DNA of 46,201 nucleotides. Origin: Folioceros fuciformis (lineage: Eukaryota). How positions within the stretch are numbered: the stretch's first letter is position 1; every line of letters starts with the position of its first letter. The stretch covers positions 1-46,201 of the forward strand of contig JBNGIO010005751.1 of assembly GCA_049999805.1 (NCBI GenBank), in the 5' to 3' direction. Shown one piece after another: positions 35,884-46,201 of this stretch. The position numbers and the translations under genes were made by a program. The notes below the pieces were generated by a model, which was not told the DNA's origin, did no database searches, and was given only the letters and a program-made list of their open reading frames with translations.

Positions 35884-38800
35884 ATGCTGCGGGGGAAAAC
35901 TGCTTCTGTGTGCAAGCTCCTTGCATCCACGTCCCGCTTCTGGTATGGGAGGGTATTGAGACGGCATATCAGTTCTAGTGCACGCGGTTTAAACGCTAGA
36001 TTGGAGCCGCAGCAATGGCATTTATTTCTGAGGATTCCTGTGCGCCACACGCCACTCAGGAGATGTGCATTATTTCCTCGGGATTCAGTGTACTGCCACA
36101 TATCTGTTCCCCTTCGTTGTCGGATGCTCTCTGGTGCCCCTAAAGCCCTGGACAGGAGCTTTGAGAGCTTCGCTGCAGACCACGTGGAAGGTGATGGCAG
36201 GGCATTTCGGTTCGTCACCGTTGTGGCTCCTACCATGAACAAAGAAGAGTCTGCTTCACCTGTTTGGAGTCATGCCTGCTCCGTTATGGGAGAAGACAAG
36301 GTGCCTACATTGGCTGTGGTGTTTGTGTCCAAGCCTACGGAATCAGCTGTGGCTGCTGTGAAGGAGATTGCGCAGCTCCTCTTGGACAGCAGGGAGGCTG
36401 CCCTTGTTCGGGCGAAGGAGCTTAAATCCTACTCAGAGGGGGTGTTGCGCTCTTCCGATTGGCCTGGTCTCGTTGTGCAGAGGGGTGATGAATGCAGCTC
36501 AGCTGAACTGTTGAGCGGGAGGCCTCCCCGGGTGAGAATTGCATCCATCCACACCGACTTGGCTAGGGAAGGGGCAAGCAGGGATGGCAAGGGAGGTGAA
36601 GATGACCTTGTAAAAAGTGGCAACGGGAAAGACCCTGCAGCAAATATTCCACTGATAGGATGTGTAGGTGATGGATGGGCAGGAGAGTTTGGAACGACCT
36701 GGCGTTTAGTTGGTACTGTGCCAAAGGAGCGAAGTAGGAGGGCAGGGATTGGTGGTAGCCGGAGGGGAAGGAAACTTCAGACGTCAGGCACCAGGAAACT
36801 AGATAAAGGAGAACGTACTTTTGAGAGGTTTGATCTAGGTGATGGTTGCCGAGGAATTTTGTGCGATGTTGAGACTGCTAAGGACCTTTTTGGTGACTTG
36901 AGTGAGGATAGGCGAAGATTTCTTGCAGTAGCTGCAGAAGTCGTAGAGTCCGATGATGAGGAAGATAGTCTTTCAGATTGGGAGCATTTCTCTGCTGAGG
37001 TGTTACAATCAGCTGAACTTCGTACAGAGCAGGCAGAGAGTGGAGCTGACGAGGAGTTCCAGGAGAAGGATACGATGCCCACAGAAACCATAGTACGTGA
37101 TTTGGAGCGGCCCCGTCTTGGCACGAGTACAAGGTCTCCTGAAGGCCAATCTTGCAATGGAATTCCTTCAATAGCAACCTCCTCTCTAGAGCTGCAGACT
37201 GAGGAGCACAATTCAAAGAATATTGAGCATACCGCTGCAGAGGCACAATGCAGGGGTGATGCCACTGAAAGAAGTTCCGTTGGAGGAAAAGGTCGAAAAT
37301 TTGTCCTTTCTCGCGAGAACAGTAAGGAACAATGTAAAAAAAGTCAAGCTGGGGTGGAAGATGCCGGTGAGAGTTACACGTTAACTCTCTGTATCGGACA
37401 TCTTCCTGGAACAAAAGTAGTTTCATTCTATTCTTCATCGACAGGGCTCCCACTACTTCCGGACTTGGAAGATGCTGTCACTGTGAATAACCCACACATG
37501 CTTCTGCTTGGAGCCCCAGGCAAGCATTTGCTGCCTTCATCTTCCTTCAGAATCTTCAAGGAATGCTTCTGTGGTGATTCATCTTCCTTGATGGACAGAC
37601 CTGACTCTCATTGGTATTTCAGGGTTCAAGTTTCCTGAGTACATTCAAAGACTTGCTTCAGTCTTTCCAACAGGCTGCAGGTGGGTTGGTGATTTTGGAT
37701 TTAGATGTTGCCTTGTTGTAGTTTCTTCTTGTCTATGATTTCTGCCTCAAAGTGACTAAGCAGTGCTGCTGTTCAGATTTCAGAGCAGGTGCATTTCTAG
37801 CACCCTTGTTCAGCAGCATTAGGAGCCAATGGACCAAAGTTGCTGAGCAGCAAGCAGGACCAATTTTCCGTGGGAAAGAGTTACACAGGACTGGCGCTGT
37901 TGGTCTTGCTGTGTCTTCAGCAGGTAGGTAATATCCATGTTGAGCGGCACTGAGAGTTCTAGCTTCGATTGTGATGGCTTCAATTTGCTGCTCCTCTTGT
38001 CTGTTAACAATGTGTGAATACTTGTTCTCTTCTGCTAGGCTCAAGTAATGTACCTGTCGAGGCGTTCGGAGAATTCGTGCGGATGTCACTGGGAATGCCT
38101 CGCATCCGAGGATATACGTTCATTGAGTAAGCTCTTGTGTTCTGTAGTAGGCTGGTTGAATGTCTCCTCCATGAAGTAATATTATGGTCCGACTGAAGCT
38201 AGGAAATAGGTTTTTTTTCTTATTTGCTCATGTTTTTTCGCATGCACGTGGGGCATTGTCCAGTGAGCGCATCAGTACGAGCCTTTTTTTCCCCAAAAAT
38301 GTCTGCGCTGAGCATTTAACTCCCGGTCAAAGAGAAACTTCAGCAGATTCAAGGATGGTTCTAGAGCACTTGAATACGTATCTCATAAGGAACAGTAGTG
38401 TCCCTTTGAAGCCTCTCTCTTCAGAGGGCTCGGCAAGGAAGGATAAGGGCAAATCAGATGCAGGGGCCCCATCCTCTGTATCAGGGCGTTCTTTTTCTGA
38501 GTTAAGAGCAGCGGGAGATTCAGAGAAGCTTCCACTTGCACCATTTGATGCAGTTATTTTTCCTGGATGGTCCATGCCGCTGCACATTTATGAGCCTCGC
38601 TACAGGATTATGGTGAGAGATAGATGTGGCTCTTGTCGGTCCAGTATTTTGGCTTCCACAATATTTTGTTTTCCTCTTAATCCGGTTTTGTGTCGATTCT
38701 AGGTGAGGCAATGCGTCGAGCAAGGCAAACCGTTTGGATTGTCAAATTCTTTGACAGCGGTTCACTCTAATAATCTGAACAGCCAAGAGATCATTGGTAC

Positions 38801-39757
38801 TCTCGTGGTAATCTAGTTTCTGACTCAGCGTTATTCCTCGACCGTAACCTTGTCCAAACCAGGCAGTTGACACGCCCTCTTTCTTGCCATTTTTCAGAAT
38901 CTGAAAGTGCATTTGTTCGAAAAGGACTGTAGGTCCTACATTATAGCACATGGTGTGCAGCGGTTTCGTCTTTCTGACAAGTAAGCTACTCAACCTCCGG
39001 GCCAAAATTATTTGGAATAATGGGATGGTTGTCAGTGCCCTATGGGGCTCTAAATTCCTGTTCGTCTCTGCAGCATACGCATCCAGCCTGGGTCATTTGG
39101 TTTGGCTCTTGGGCAGGTTTGTGCAATCGACACTTATGACGAAGTGTTATCAGTTTTCTGCTGGCATCCTTGCAGCTTGTTTTGGCATCTCATTTTGGGT
39201 AGGGACGGGTGTACGTGTCGACGCAGGTGAAGTTTTTCGATGACGAGCTCTGTAAAACTGCAAAAGAAAGAAGGGAACTTTCAGACCTAGCAAATGAAGC
39301 CGTTGCCCTATGTCGACGCGTCCTTCCGGAGGTGAAGTCAGGGGATGACCTTATTTCTGATTTTTTTCCTCCAATGCTTGGTTTGGTTCCGAAAGTCTTG
39401 TTTCCGCGCTTTTCATGTTCTTTGCAGACCCTTAGTCGTAGTGACACCTGCTTTGTCCCTGTTTGCAGACTAATGAGGCCCCCGGACTGGTGGGTTCCGT
39501 TTGTGATCCCAAACTCGCGTCTTTTGCTCTGGGTCACTTGCTCCCTGTATCGGTAATATCCTAACTTATCAGAACATGTCTGCATTTTCGCTTGGTGAAT
39601 GGGACAGACTCTTGCAACGGCAATGTTGCGTATTCTGATTCATTTTCTGGTGTGAATGGGACAGACTCTCGTTAAGACAAGGTGGCTTGGCATGGAGAAC
39701 ACGAAGCTCAGGCTTCTAGAACAGTTAACCTTTTTGGAATTTAAAGCCAAAAAGTGA
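35884..39757 (+). CDS. Multi-exon protein: organelle-targeting-like N-terminus, FIST-like region, C-terminal LON substrate-binding (LON-N) domain
   Basis: Arg/Ser-rich leader; IPLIGCVGDG, LCIGHLPG, GAVGLAVS (FIST-like); LPLAPFDAVIFPGWSMPLHIYEPRYRIM|VRQCVEQGKPFG and terminal WLGMENTKLRL..KK* (LON-N). Some internal exon borders are approximate. Confidence 0.72.
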
Positions 39758-40189
39758 TTCTCAGTGTTCTGCAATCCTGGTTAACCGCATAACACAGTGC
39801 GAGTTGCGTGGATGCCTCAATTGAGACAGTGCTGACGATACTTGTGTCAGATCAAGATTGGGGTCATATGTTGTGGATTCCTAAACGTGTCAGTCTAGGA
39901 GTTCCCCTACGGTGGATCACACCGTTGGGCGTTGCCTGTTGCAGCACGAAGCGTCACTTTATTGGACACGAGAATAATATTCGATTTAAGTGTCGCCAAG
40001 TAGTGGAAAAAGCTGCTGGCTCTTCCCCATTTTGCGGTGCGTTCATCCAGCCGATCAAATCTTAGCCGATCTCGAGATTGTCCACGTCCAGAGCTCCATT
40101 GTCCTCCTTGCCAAACAATATCTCACCAAGCCTTCTTCTGTCCTTGGTGGTATGCTTGTCGTCTGCATCATGTATTGAACGTGAGGGCA

Positions 40190-40636
40190 ATGGCACAAAA
40201 GGAGGAGCGTCTGACGAACGCAACGAACTCACCAGCGCGACCAAGTTCTCCCTTTCAACAGTGTCTCTCCAGTCCGAAGAGAAGAGGTCTAGGCTACGTG
40301 AAGCTTCAGCGGCAATATCGCAAGAGGCGATCGTCAGTAAGGGTACTGAAGTTGGGAGCCACCAAGGCTCGCAAACTGACGTGGCAATTGCGGCCAAGGC
40401 TGCTGAGTCTGCGCTTCGTATCTCCTGCACTGTTGCTGAAGAAACTGACCGGTGCTGTCCTCCGACTCGCCACCATCTTCGCAGCCAAGCATGAGTTGCC
40501 CGCCGATCGGGTGGTTGAAGGTGTCCGTCTTCAGTTGTACCAGTCTGCGGCCTACATTGCCTACTTAGAAAGAACCATAGCTGAGGGCCGCTTCTATAGG
40601 AACGGGATGGCCATCTTGGACCTCAAAGATCTGTAG
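40190..40636 (+). CDS. Small basic uncharacterised plant protein (148 aa, intronless)
   Basis: GYVKL..VRVLKLG..W.LRPRL....SPALLLKKL resembles a conserved plant unknown-function family; good ATG context (gcaATGG) and double stop. Confidence 0.6.
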   Translation: MAQKEERLTNATNSPARPSSPFQQCLSSPKRRGLGYVKLQRQYRKRRSSVRVLKLGATKARKLTWQLRPRLLSLRFVSPALLLKKLTGAVLRLATIFAAKHELPADRVVEGVRLQLYQSAAYIAYLERTIAEGRFYRNGMAILDLKDL

Positions 40637-41499
40637 TAGGACAACAAGAGTCTGCCCGTCTGTGATGGAAGGCACTCTGCTCGTTACGATGAACTGCATC
40701 ATGTAAAACACAGCTGGCAGTACTTCCTCGCTCAGAGGCTTCAGGTTCCATTTCTGAGGAGCTGAGCACTCGCTCTGTAGTCGGCTCTTTCCAGAATCCA
40801 TGGCAAGATCCGAGCAGATACTTGTGACGAATGTTGTTAAGAGATACTCCTTTGTGCCCCTGTTCCGCAATAGAGCACCGCGTAATCGCCTGTCTTCTAG
40901 CACAATATGAACAGCATCTACTTCTGGTGATAAGCCAGGGCAAAGAACACAGCTACCGGAGTATCGTTGCGAGCAAACCCGCAAGAACTGCCATTAGATC
41001 ACGCTGGGCTGCATCCGGTGGGGCTGTCAAGGTCGTGTCTAGTTCACAGTGACTCGAAGATTAGGTCCAAGATCATGACGTGGGGTAGTATGATGACTTG
41101 CCTCCACCGAACAGAAGGCGATGTCGGAAGTGGAATCCTTCAACCCCATATCAGACGGCTAGCCCGTCTGCAATATCACCAACTGTATATAACGATGAAA
41201 ATTAAGCTTGGCTTGCGACAGTAAGCATGGAATACGTTCAGAAACAGACTTGAGATCCCGTCTTCCCGAGACCTCCAGATCGACCGCCTTCGGAGGTCGC
41301 ATAGCGTTCAGCGACTCGTTTCAGATGAGGAGGGGTAACTGCCATGCTTCACTCTCGCGTGACTGCAGCCTCCAACGGTCGTCAACCGTTGAGTTCCGCA
41401 CAGAGGTTCCTTCGTTCCTTCTGAGAAGGATATGAAGGGAATCTAAGGTTTTCTAGGCTGAAACAGATCGCAGTTCATAGCTTCTGAGCACTGAAGGAA

Positions 41500-42830
41500 G
41501 GACTCATCATCCCTCATCCACTGTCTAATCATTACACGCAAGAACCATTTTGCGTAGGGGGATAAGCCGTCGGGTTACGAGCCTTCTCTTGTTTCCAGCT
41601 GAACCAGGCATCTAGTGAGGGGAGAGCACTGAATGCAGGCAGCTAGCAGGAGTCGTCCGATGACCAGAATACTTGGAGAACTACACGACGTGAAAGCACC
41701 GCCCATCACCGGGCCCTGGTTCAGACCTGAAGAGCCATTGGAAGTTCCTCCAAGGCTGTCCGTGCAAGCCCTTCATCCAGTAACAGGAGCCTCGTTGATC
41801 CTTGAAAACTTCTCGACTGTTTTCCTTACAGCTTTCTCCTGTTGACTCATCATCCTTCACAACTCCCCACCCATCCTCCACCACTTCCACAATCACAGCT
41901 TTCTCTTCCCACAGGCCTCTGTTTATCCCCCTCCCTGGCTTCCATCATGTGAAAATTGCCATTTTGCAATTTCTCCTCGGTATCTTTCTCGCTGTATATG
42001 AAAGACCGTACTGCACCTTGAGACCTTCATACTTCGTCAAGATGTGGAACTCTTTCTTCCTTCAATTCCTCCGCAGCCTGAGAGCATCACTCCTGAGAAC
42101 GCCTCCATTGACAACATTATCATCCTCAAGAAGAGCCTTCTTGACGGAGTCAAAAAGGCTCTCCTCTCCTCTCGCCATCCAAGACAGGCCTCAAGGCTGA
42201 TATGCCAACTTCCTTGGGATATAAGTTCTACAGAGGCCTCATTACCTGATGCCCGGCAAATTCCTAGTTTCAGACTGAACGACCTATTCTCATCCGTGGT
42301 CCTACGATGTGGAGTTTCGACGCCGTTGTGGACCGGAGGTGCAAAGGGAGTCTGATCCTGCTGAAAGATACCTTGGCTGCCATAGGAACCTTCGTCTTGC
42401 AATACTTGCTCATGACAAGAGGGTCCTGAGGAATCCTGAAAAGGCGGAAGACCAGCGTGAAACCGTAAAGCTTGTGTATTTGGTCCTGATACTTTTATAC
42501 TCCACAGCAGAGTTCACAGAAAGCAAGGTGGGATCGACCAGACAACGTTAAACATGTGGGGTCTCCTTGTCACCCAAGTGTACGTTGGATGACCCTGTTT
42601 CTACGTCTCCTTCATGAAACTTGTCGAATTGTACAGAATGAAGGTCTTGCTTTTCCTGGAACTTTCCCGAGGCAAGTTGCGGGGAAGTGTTGGAGAAGCA
42701 AGAATATTGGTCCCAGTAAGCAGCAGGCATTCTGATCACCCACGACTTTTCAGATGCCACCCTGAGGAGCGGCACTGTGAACTCGCATTGGATCTGTATG
42801 AACTAATGAAGGTGGAGGGCTGTTTAGGCT
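41500..42830 (-). mobile_element. Probable heavily decayed LINE ORF2 remnant
   Basis: Stop- and frameshift-ridden minus-strand fragments weakly recall the L1 endonuclease/RT order (DLHSV ~ GDFN, DQTP ~ SDH.P, LEELPMAL..PGDG ~ EEI..AL..PGPDG). No intact motif. Confidence 0.3.
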
Positions 42831-42923
42831 AGTGCACGGGCGTCCAGTTGTTTGGGAGCCAGTCAGTACACTGCTTATATCGTAGCCTGTTCAAGACTTT
42901 CGGAGTACACCACCCAATCCCTA

Positions 42924-43362
42924 AACTAATCGAAATATGTATGCTCTCTATAAAATTAGGGTTTAGTTTTCTTAAGCAATATAAAGGGCCTCTCACACAC
43001 TTGTGGCACACAACATTTCTATATGTCTTGGCGCTCTAGCTCTCTCTCGCCCTCTCTCCGTCTCTCTTGCTTACTACGGTGGTGCTTTGTTATATCTTGT
43101 GCTCTATAGAGCATAGCCTTCTACGGTGGTGCTTTGTTATATCTTGTGCTCTATAGAGCATTGCCTTCTACGGTGGTGCTTTGTTATATCTTGTGCTCTA
43201 TAGAGCGTTGCCTTCTACAGTGGTCCTTTGTTATATCTTGTGCTCTAATGTTGCCTTTGCATGAAGCCTTTGATGCCATTATCATTTCATCGTTATTAAA
43301 GTTGTGGATTCCTAATGCGGCCTCTCTATAAAGCTATTATTGCCATCATTATTTCACTCTAA
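42924..43362 (+). repeat. Direct repeat copy 1 (telo-box, TATA, CT tract, four 47-bp units)
   Basis: Highly similar to 45801-46201; 47-bp unit ctacggtggtgctttgttatatcttgtgctctatagagcattgcctt starts at 43074, 43121, 43168, 43215. Confidence 0.93.
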
Positions 43363-43592
43363 GAAGTGAAAGCATTTTAATACAATAATAATTTCTGCAT
43401 CTGAATAAAATAAATACGCAAGAATATCAATAGGCGGCTTTGAATTTTCCGCGCCCGTCATCAACTTATATCTTACTCTAAGATTACAACTTTGCGGCGA
43501 CATCCGCATCATTTTTATTTGTTACAAGGTCATACCACATATACACAATTGTAGTATTTTTGTGGATACATCATATTGATTCACTAATTATC

Positions 43593-43994
43593 ATGGCATC
43601 TTCACAACAACGAGGACCGGCACCACAAGTTGGAACGCGACAAAGAGTACGATCATTCATCCAAAGAGTCTTCCGAAGAGTACAAGGTAGACAAGCACAA
43701 GCACGGGCTCGGCCACGAGCACCAATAGTTAAATTGGTGGAGCGTTGTCTCGACATATCTAGACTAGATCATATTATTCCACACATATTATACAAGCAAG
43801 AAGAGGATGCAAACAATGAATTATGTTGTATATGTCTAGAACCATTTGAGGAAAACCAAGAAGTTAGAAGACTACCAAGTTGTTCTCATTCATTCCATAT
43901 CAAATGTATTGATTCTTGGTTTACGACTTCAATGACTTGTCCTCTTGATAGAAGTGCTCTCGATATAGAAAGGGCATTTGTGTACAAAGCATAA
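43593..43994 (+). CDS. RING-H2 zinc-finger E3 ligase-like protein (133 aa, intronless, AT-rich)
   Basis: CCICLEPFEENQEVRRLPSCSHSFHIKCIDSWFTTSMTCPLDR is an ATL-type RING-H2 with Asp as the last ligand; no TM helix. Confidence 0.8.
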   Translation: MASSQQRGPAPQVGTRQRVRSFIQRVFRRVQGRQAQARARPRAPIVKLVERCLDISRLDHIIPHILYKQEEDANNELCCICLEPFEENQEVRRLPSCSHSFHIKCIDSWFTTSMTCPLDRSALDIERAFVYKA

Positions 43995-44713
43995 CTAAGA
44001 CGTAATAGATCATCTATGTGTTCTACAAACAAAAGATAATTCATGGCTGACAATTGCGTAAGAGAGAATCTAGTGCTAAATGCATGCTTTATTGCAACTA
44101 GAGAAGAACACTGCCTCATAACGCGTTGTACATAAACTCGACAATGCAGGTTGTCAATCACTTCAAGATTATTGCCATTGAGCTTCGACCAAGGTCTTTG
44201 TGGGTGTAAGGTGCAACGCTTGGGTGCGTATTGCCATCACTTTGGAGCAAGCTTGTTCTTTCTTGTATGTGCTTGCAGAGTTTAAAACATCTTTGAATTG
44301 ATTTTACACTTGTGAAATTCTTATGCAAGAGTTGAATTTTGGCAGCTGGACTACTCAAAAAGACCAAAAAAGGAAAAGCCATGGAAGCGGAAGCCCCTAA
44401 GACGCACGAGCACCTACTAGGAATGAAAAATATGGAAGCTAGCTAGGGTTGTGGAAGCACGTGCGCGCATGAGGAACATACGGGTTCTGTTTTAGTTCTC
44501 GCCTAAATGGTTTTCGGTGGTTCCTCTGCGGGGGTGTTCACTTTTATTCCATCGTGCACATGGATTTCTTTCATAATTTTTGATGTACTAATATGGTAGA
44601 AATAAGTATTCATATTCATTATATATATATTTAATGATCTTAACTAAATATTAATGTATGATATAACCTTTTATTATACATAAAACTATTGATTTTTATT
44701 TTTTTTCAAAAAA

Positions 44714-44736
44714 GAGAGAGAGAGAGAGAGAGAGAC
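44714..44736. repeat. (GA)n microsatellite
   Basis: About 11 GA units after a T-tract/A-tract. Confidence 0.9.
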
Positions 44737-45800
44737 GTAGACGTGTATAGAACTCTAATATTTCATAGAACTCTAATATTTCACCATTACACAAATCATT
44801 TTCCAAGAGGAATGGCGTGACCTATGTCCGTGACACTTTGAAGGACTCTAGAAGCATCAAACGCTTTTCGTGAATAATAGCTAACAAGTTGACCGATGGA
44901 CATTAGTGCCAAGCGTGGGAATTGGAAGCAAGCTCGTCGTGAGGGCTTTGGATGATGGCCAACAAAGTGTTGCGCCGAGATTGCTATAGAAAGGTTGTGG
45001 CGAGTGAGTGGTGGCTGCAACCATAATGAGTGCTCCGCAACAAGCTATACCAAGGGTTTTCAACAAACACACCGTTCAAGGCGAGAAATTTGGATAGGAA
45101 GAACCCAACGTCTAGGTTAGAAGTCAAAACCTTGAGCTTTCCCGCCACACCCGTGCATAGTTTGTGGACTTGTGCAAATCTTCCAAACATTTGAGCCTCG
45201 CCTTCAATTCGTCGCTCTTCCCTCGCCTCATTGAAAGCGCACATATTCATCTTCGCAATCACGTTCTTGGCCATTACATTCTCGCAACCTCAAGGTGCCA
45301 AAAACAAAAAATTCATCTCCTTCCCTTGCAAGCAAGGTGAACTTAGTCTACCAAGATTTTTGAACTTGGCAAGTCTTACATCAATCGGTCCGGGAGTAGA
45401 CATGGGATCGGCCATGACCCGCATTGGAAACTTTGCATTATTTCCCGTTGCCAAGGAATATGAATTTGGTAATGGATCATGCATGCAGCACCATTAAATA
45501 TTGCAAGACGTACGCAACGGTGCAGCATGCGTGGAGTTCTAAGCATCAACATCTAGGTTCTTCCAAGCATATTCTATACGTAGCTTTCATTTTAGGATAT
45601 GATCCGTACGATGGCATACGTGTATGGGGACCAAAAATAGTTAGCACCGTAGTTCAATGTTATGACATATTACATCCCCAGGATGGCACATGGGTAAGAA
45701 GACCAAGAAATTAGCATCATAAATATTTAGTGTCATAACCTATTTATTTACGTCACCCATTCAATAAGTAGAGTCTAGGGCTAGGATGAGTGGGTTCAAT

Positions 45801-46201
45801 AACTAATCGCAAATATATATGCTCTCTATGAAATTAGGGTTTAGTTTTCTCAAGCAATATAAAGGGCCTCTCACACACTTGTGGCACACAACATTTCTAT
45901 ACGTCTTGGCGCTCTCGCTCTCTCTCGCCCTCTCTCCCTCTCTCCGTCTCTCTTGCTTACTACGGTGGTGCTTTGTTATATCTTGTGCTCTATAGAGCAT
46001 TGCCTTCTACGGTAGTGCTTTGTTACATCTTGTGCTCTATAGAGCGTTGCCTTCTACGGTGGTGCTTTGTTATATCTTGTGCTCTAACGTTGCCTTTGCA
46101 TGAAGCCTTTGTTGCCATTATCATTTCATCGTTATTAAAGTTGTGGATTCCTAGTGCGGCCTCTCTATAAAGCTATTATTGCCATCATTATTTCACTCTA
46201 A
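45801..46201 (+). repeat. Direct repeat copy 2 (three 47-bp units; runs off the window end)
   Basis: Homology with copy 1 starts at aactaatcg and continues to the last base; units at 45960, 46007, 46054. Confidence 0.93.

Noticed and set aside
42829..42850. CTAG as a Helitron 3' end
   Set aside because: No convincing subterminal hairpin at the expected spacing.
43074..46100. 47-bp palindromic repeats as a CRISPR array
   Set aside because: Units are head-to-tail with no unique spacers, there are no cas genes, and the context is eukaryotic.
42829..46170. Paired 60-65-aa ORFs (MLYLVLYRALP.. and ..CHKCVRGPLY..)
   Set aside because: They arise from the direct repeat and its VNTR, with no protein features.

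Overview
Gene-dense nuclear DNA of a land plant. Short GT-AG introns (mostly about 70-230 nt) and the gene set fit a seed-free plant with a compact genome; hornwort-like is my inference, not proven. In order: an AT-rich minisatellite/TE-like block (1-2.9 kb); an unresolved segment (3-6.1 kb); PHF1 (SEC12-like, 10 exons, P1BS upstream); a complex I NUXM/20.9-kDa subunit gene; a divergent chalcone-isomerase-fold (CHIL-like) gene whose ATG is split by an intron, head-to-head with a GH3 acyl-acid amido synthetase; a SOS1/NHX7-type Na+/H+ antiporter pseudogene split by an internally deleted Ty1/copia element; an AT-rich intronless Gnk2/DUF26 secreted protein; an intronless UBC23/PHO2-type E2; eEF2; a CYP86-clan P450; a FIST + LON-N fusion protein; a small unknown plant protein; a probable decayed LINE; and two ~0.4-kb direct repeats with 47-bp minisatellites enclosing an AT-rich RING-H2 gene. 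A 100-N scaffold gap lies at 10298-10397. Best leads: the CHI-fold/GH3 divergent pair, the repeat-flanked RING unit, the SOS1 disruption history, and the PHF1 plus PHO2-like linkage with P1BS motifs. Protein comparisons are by eye from recalled family sequences, not database searches.
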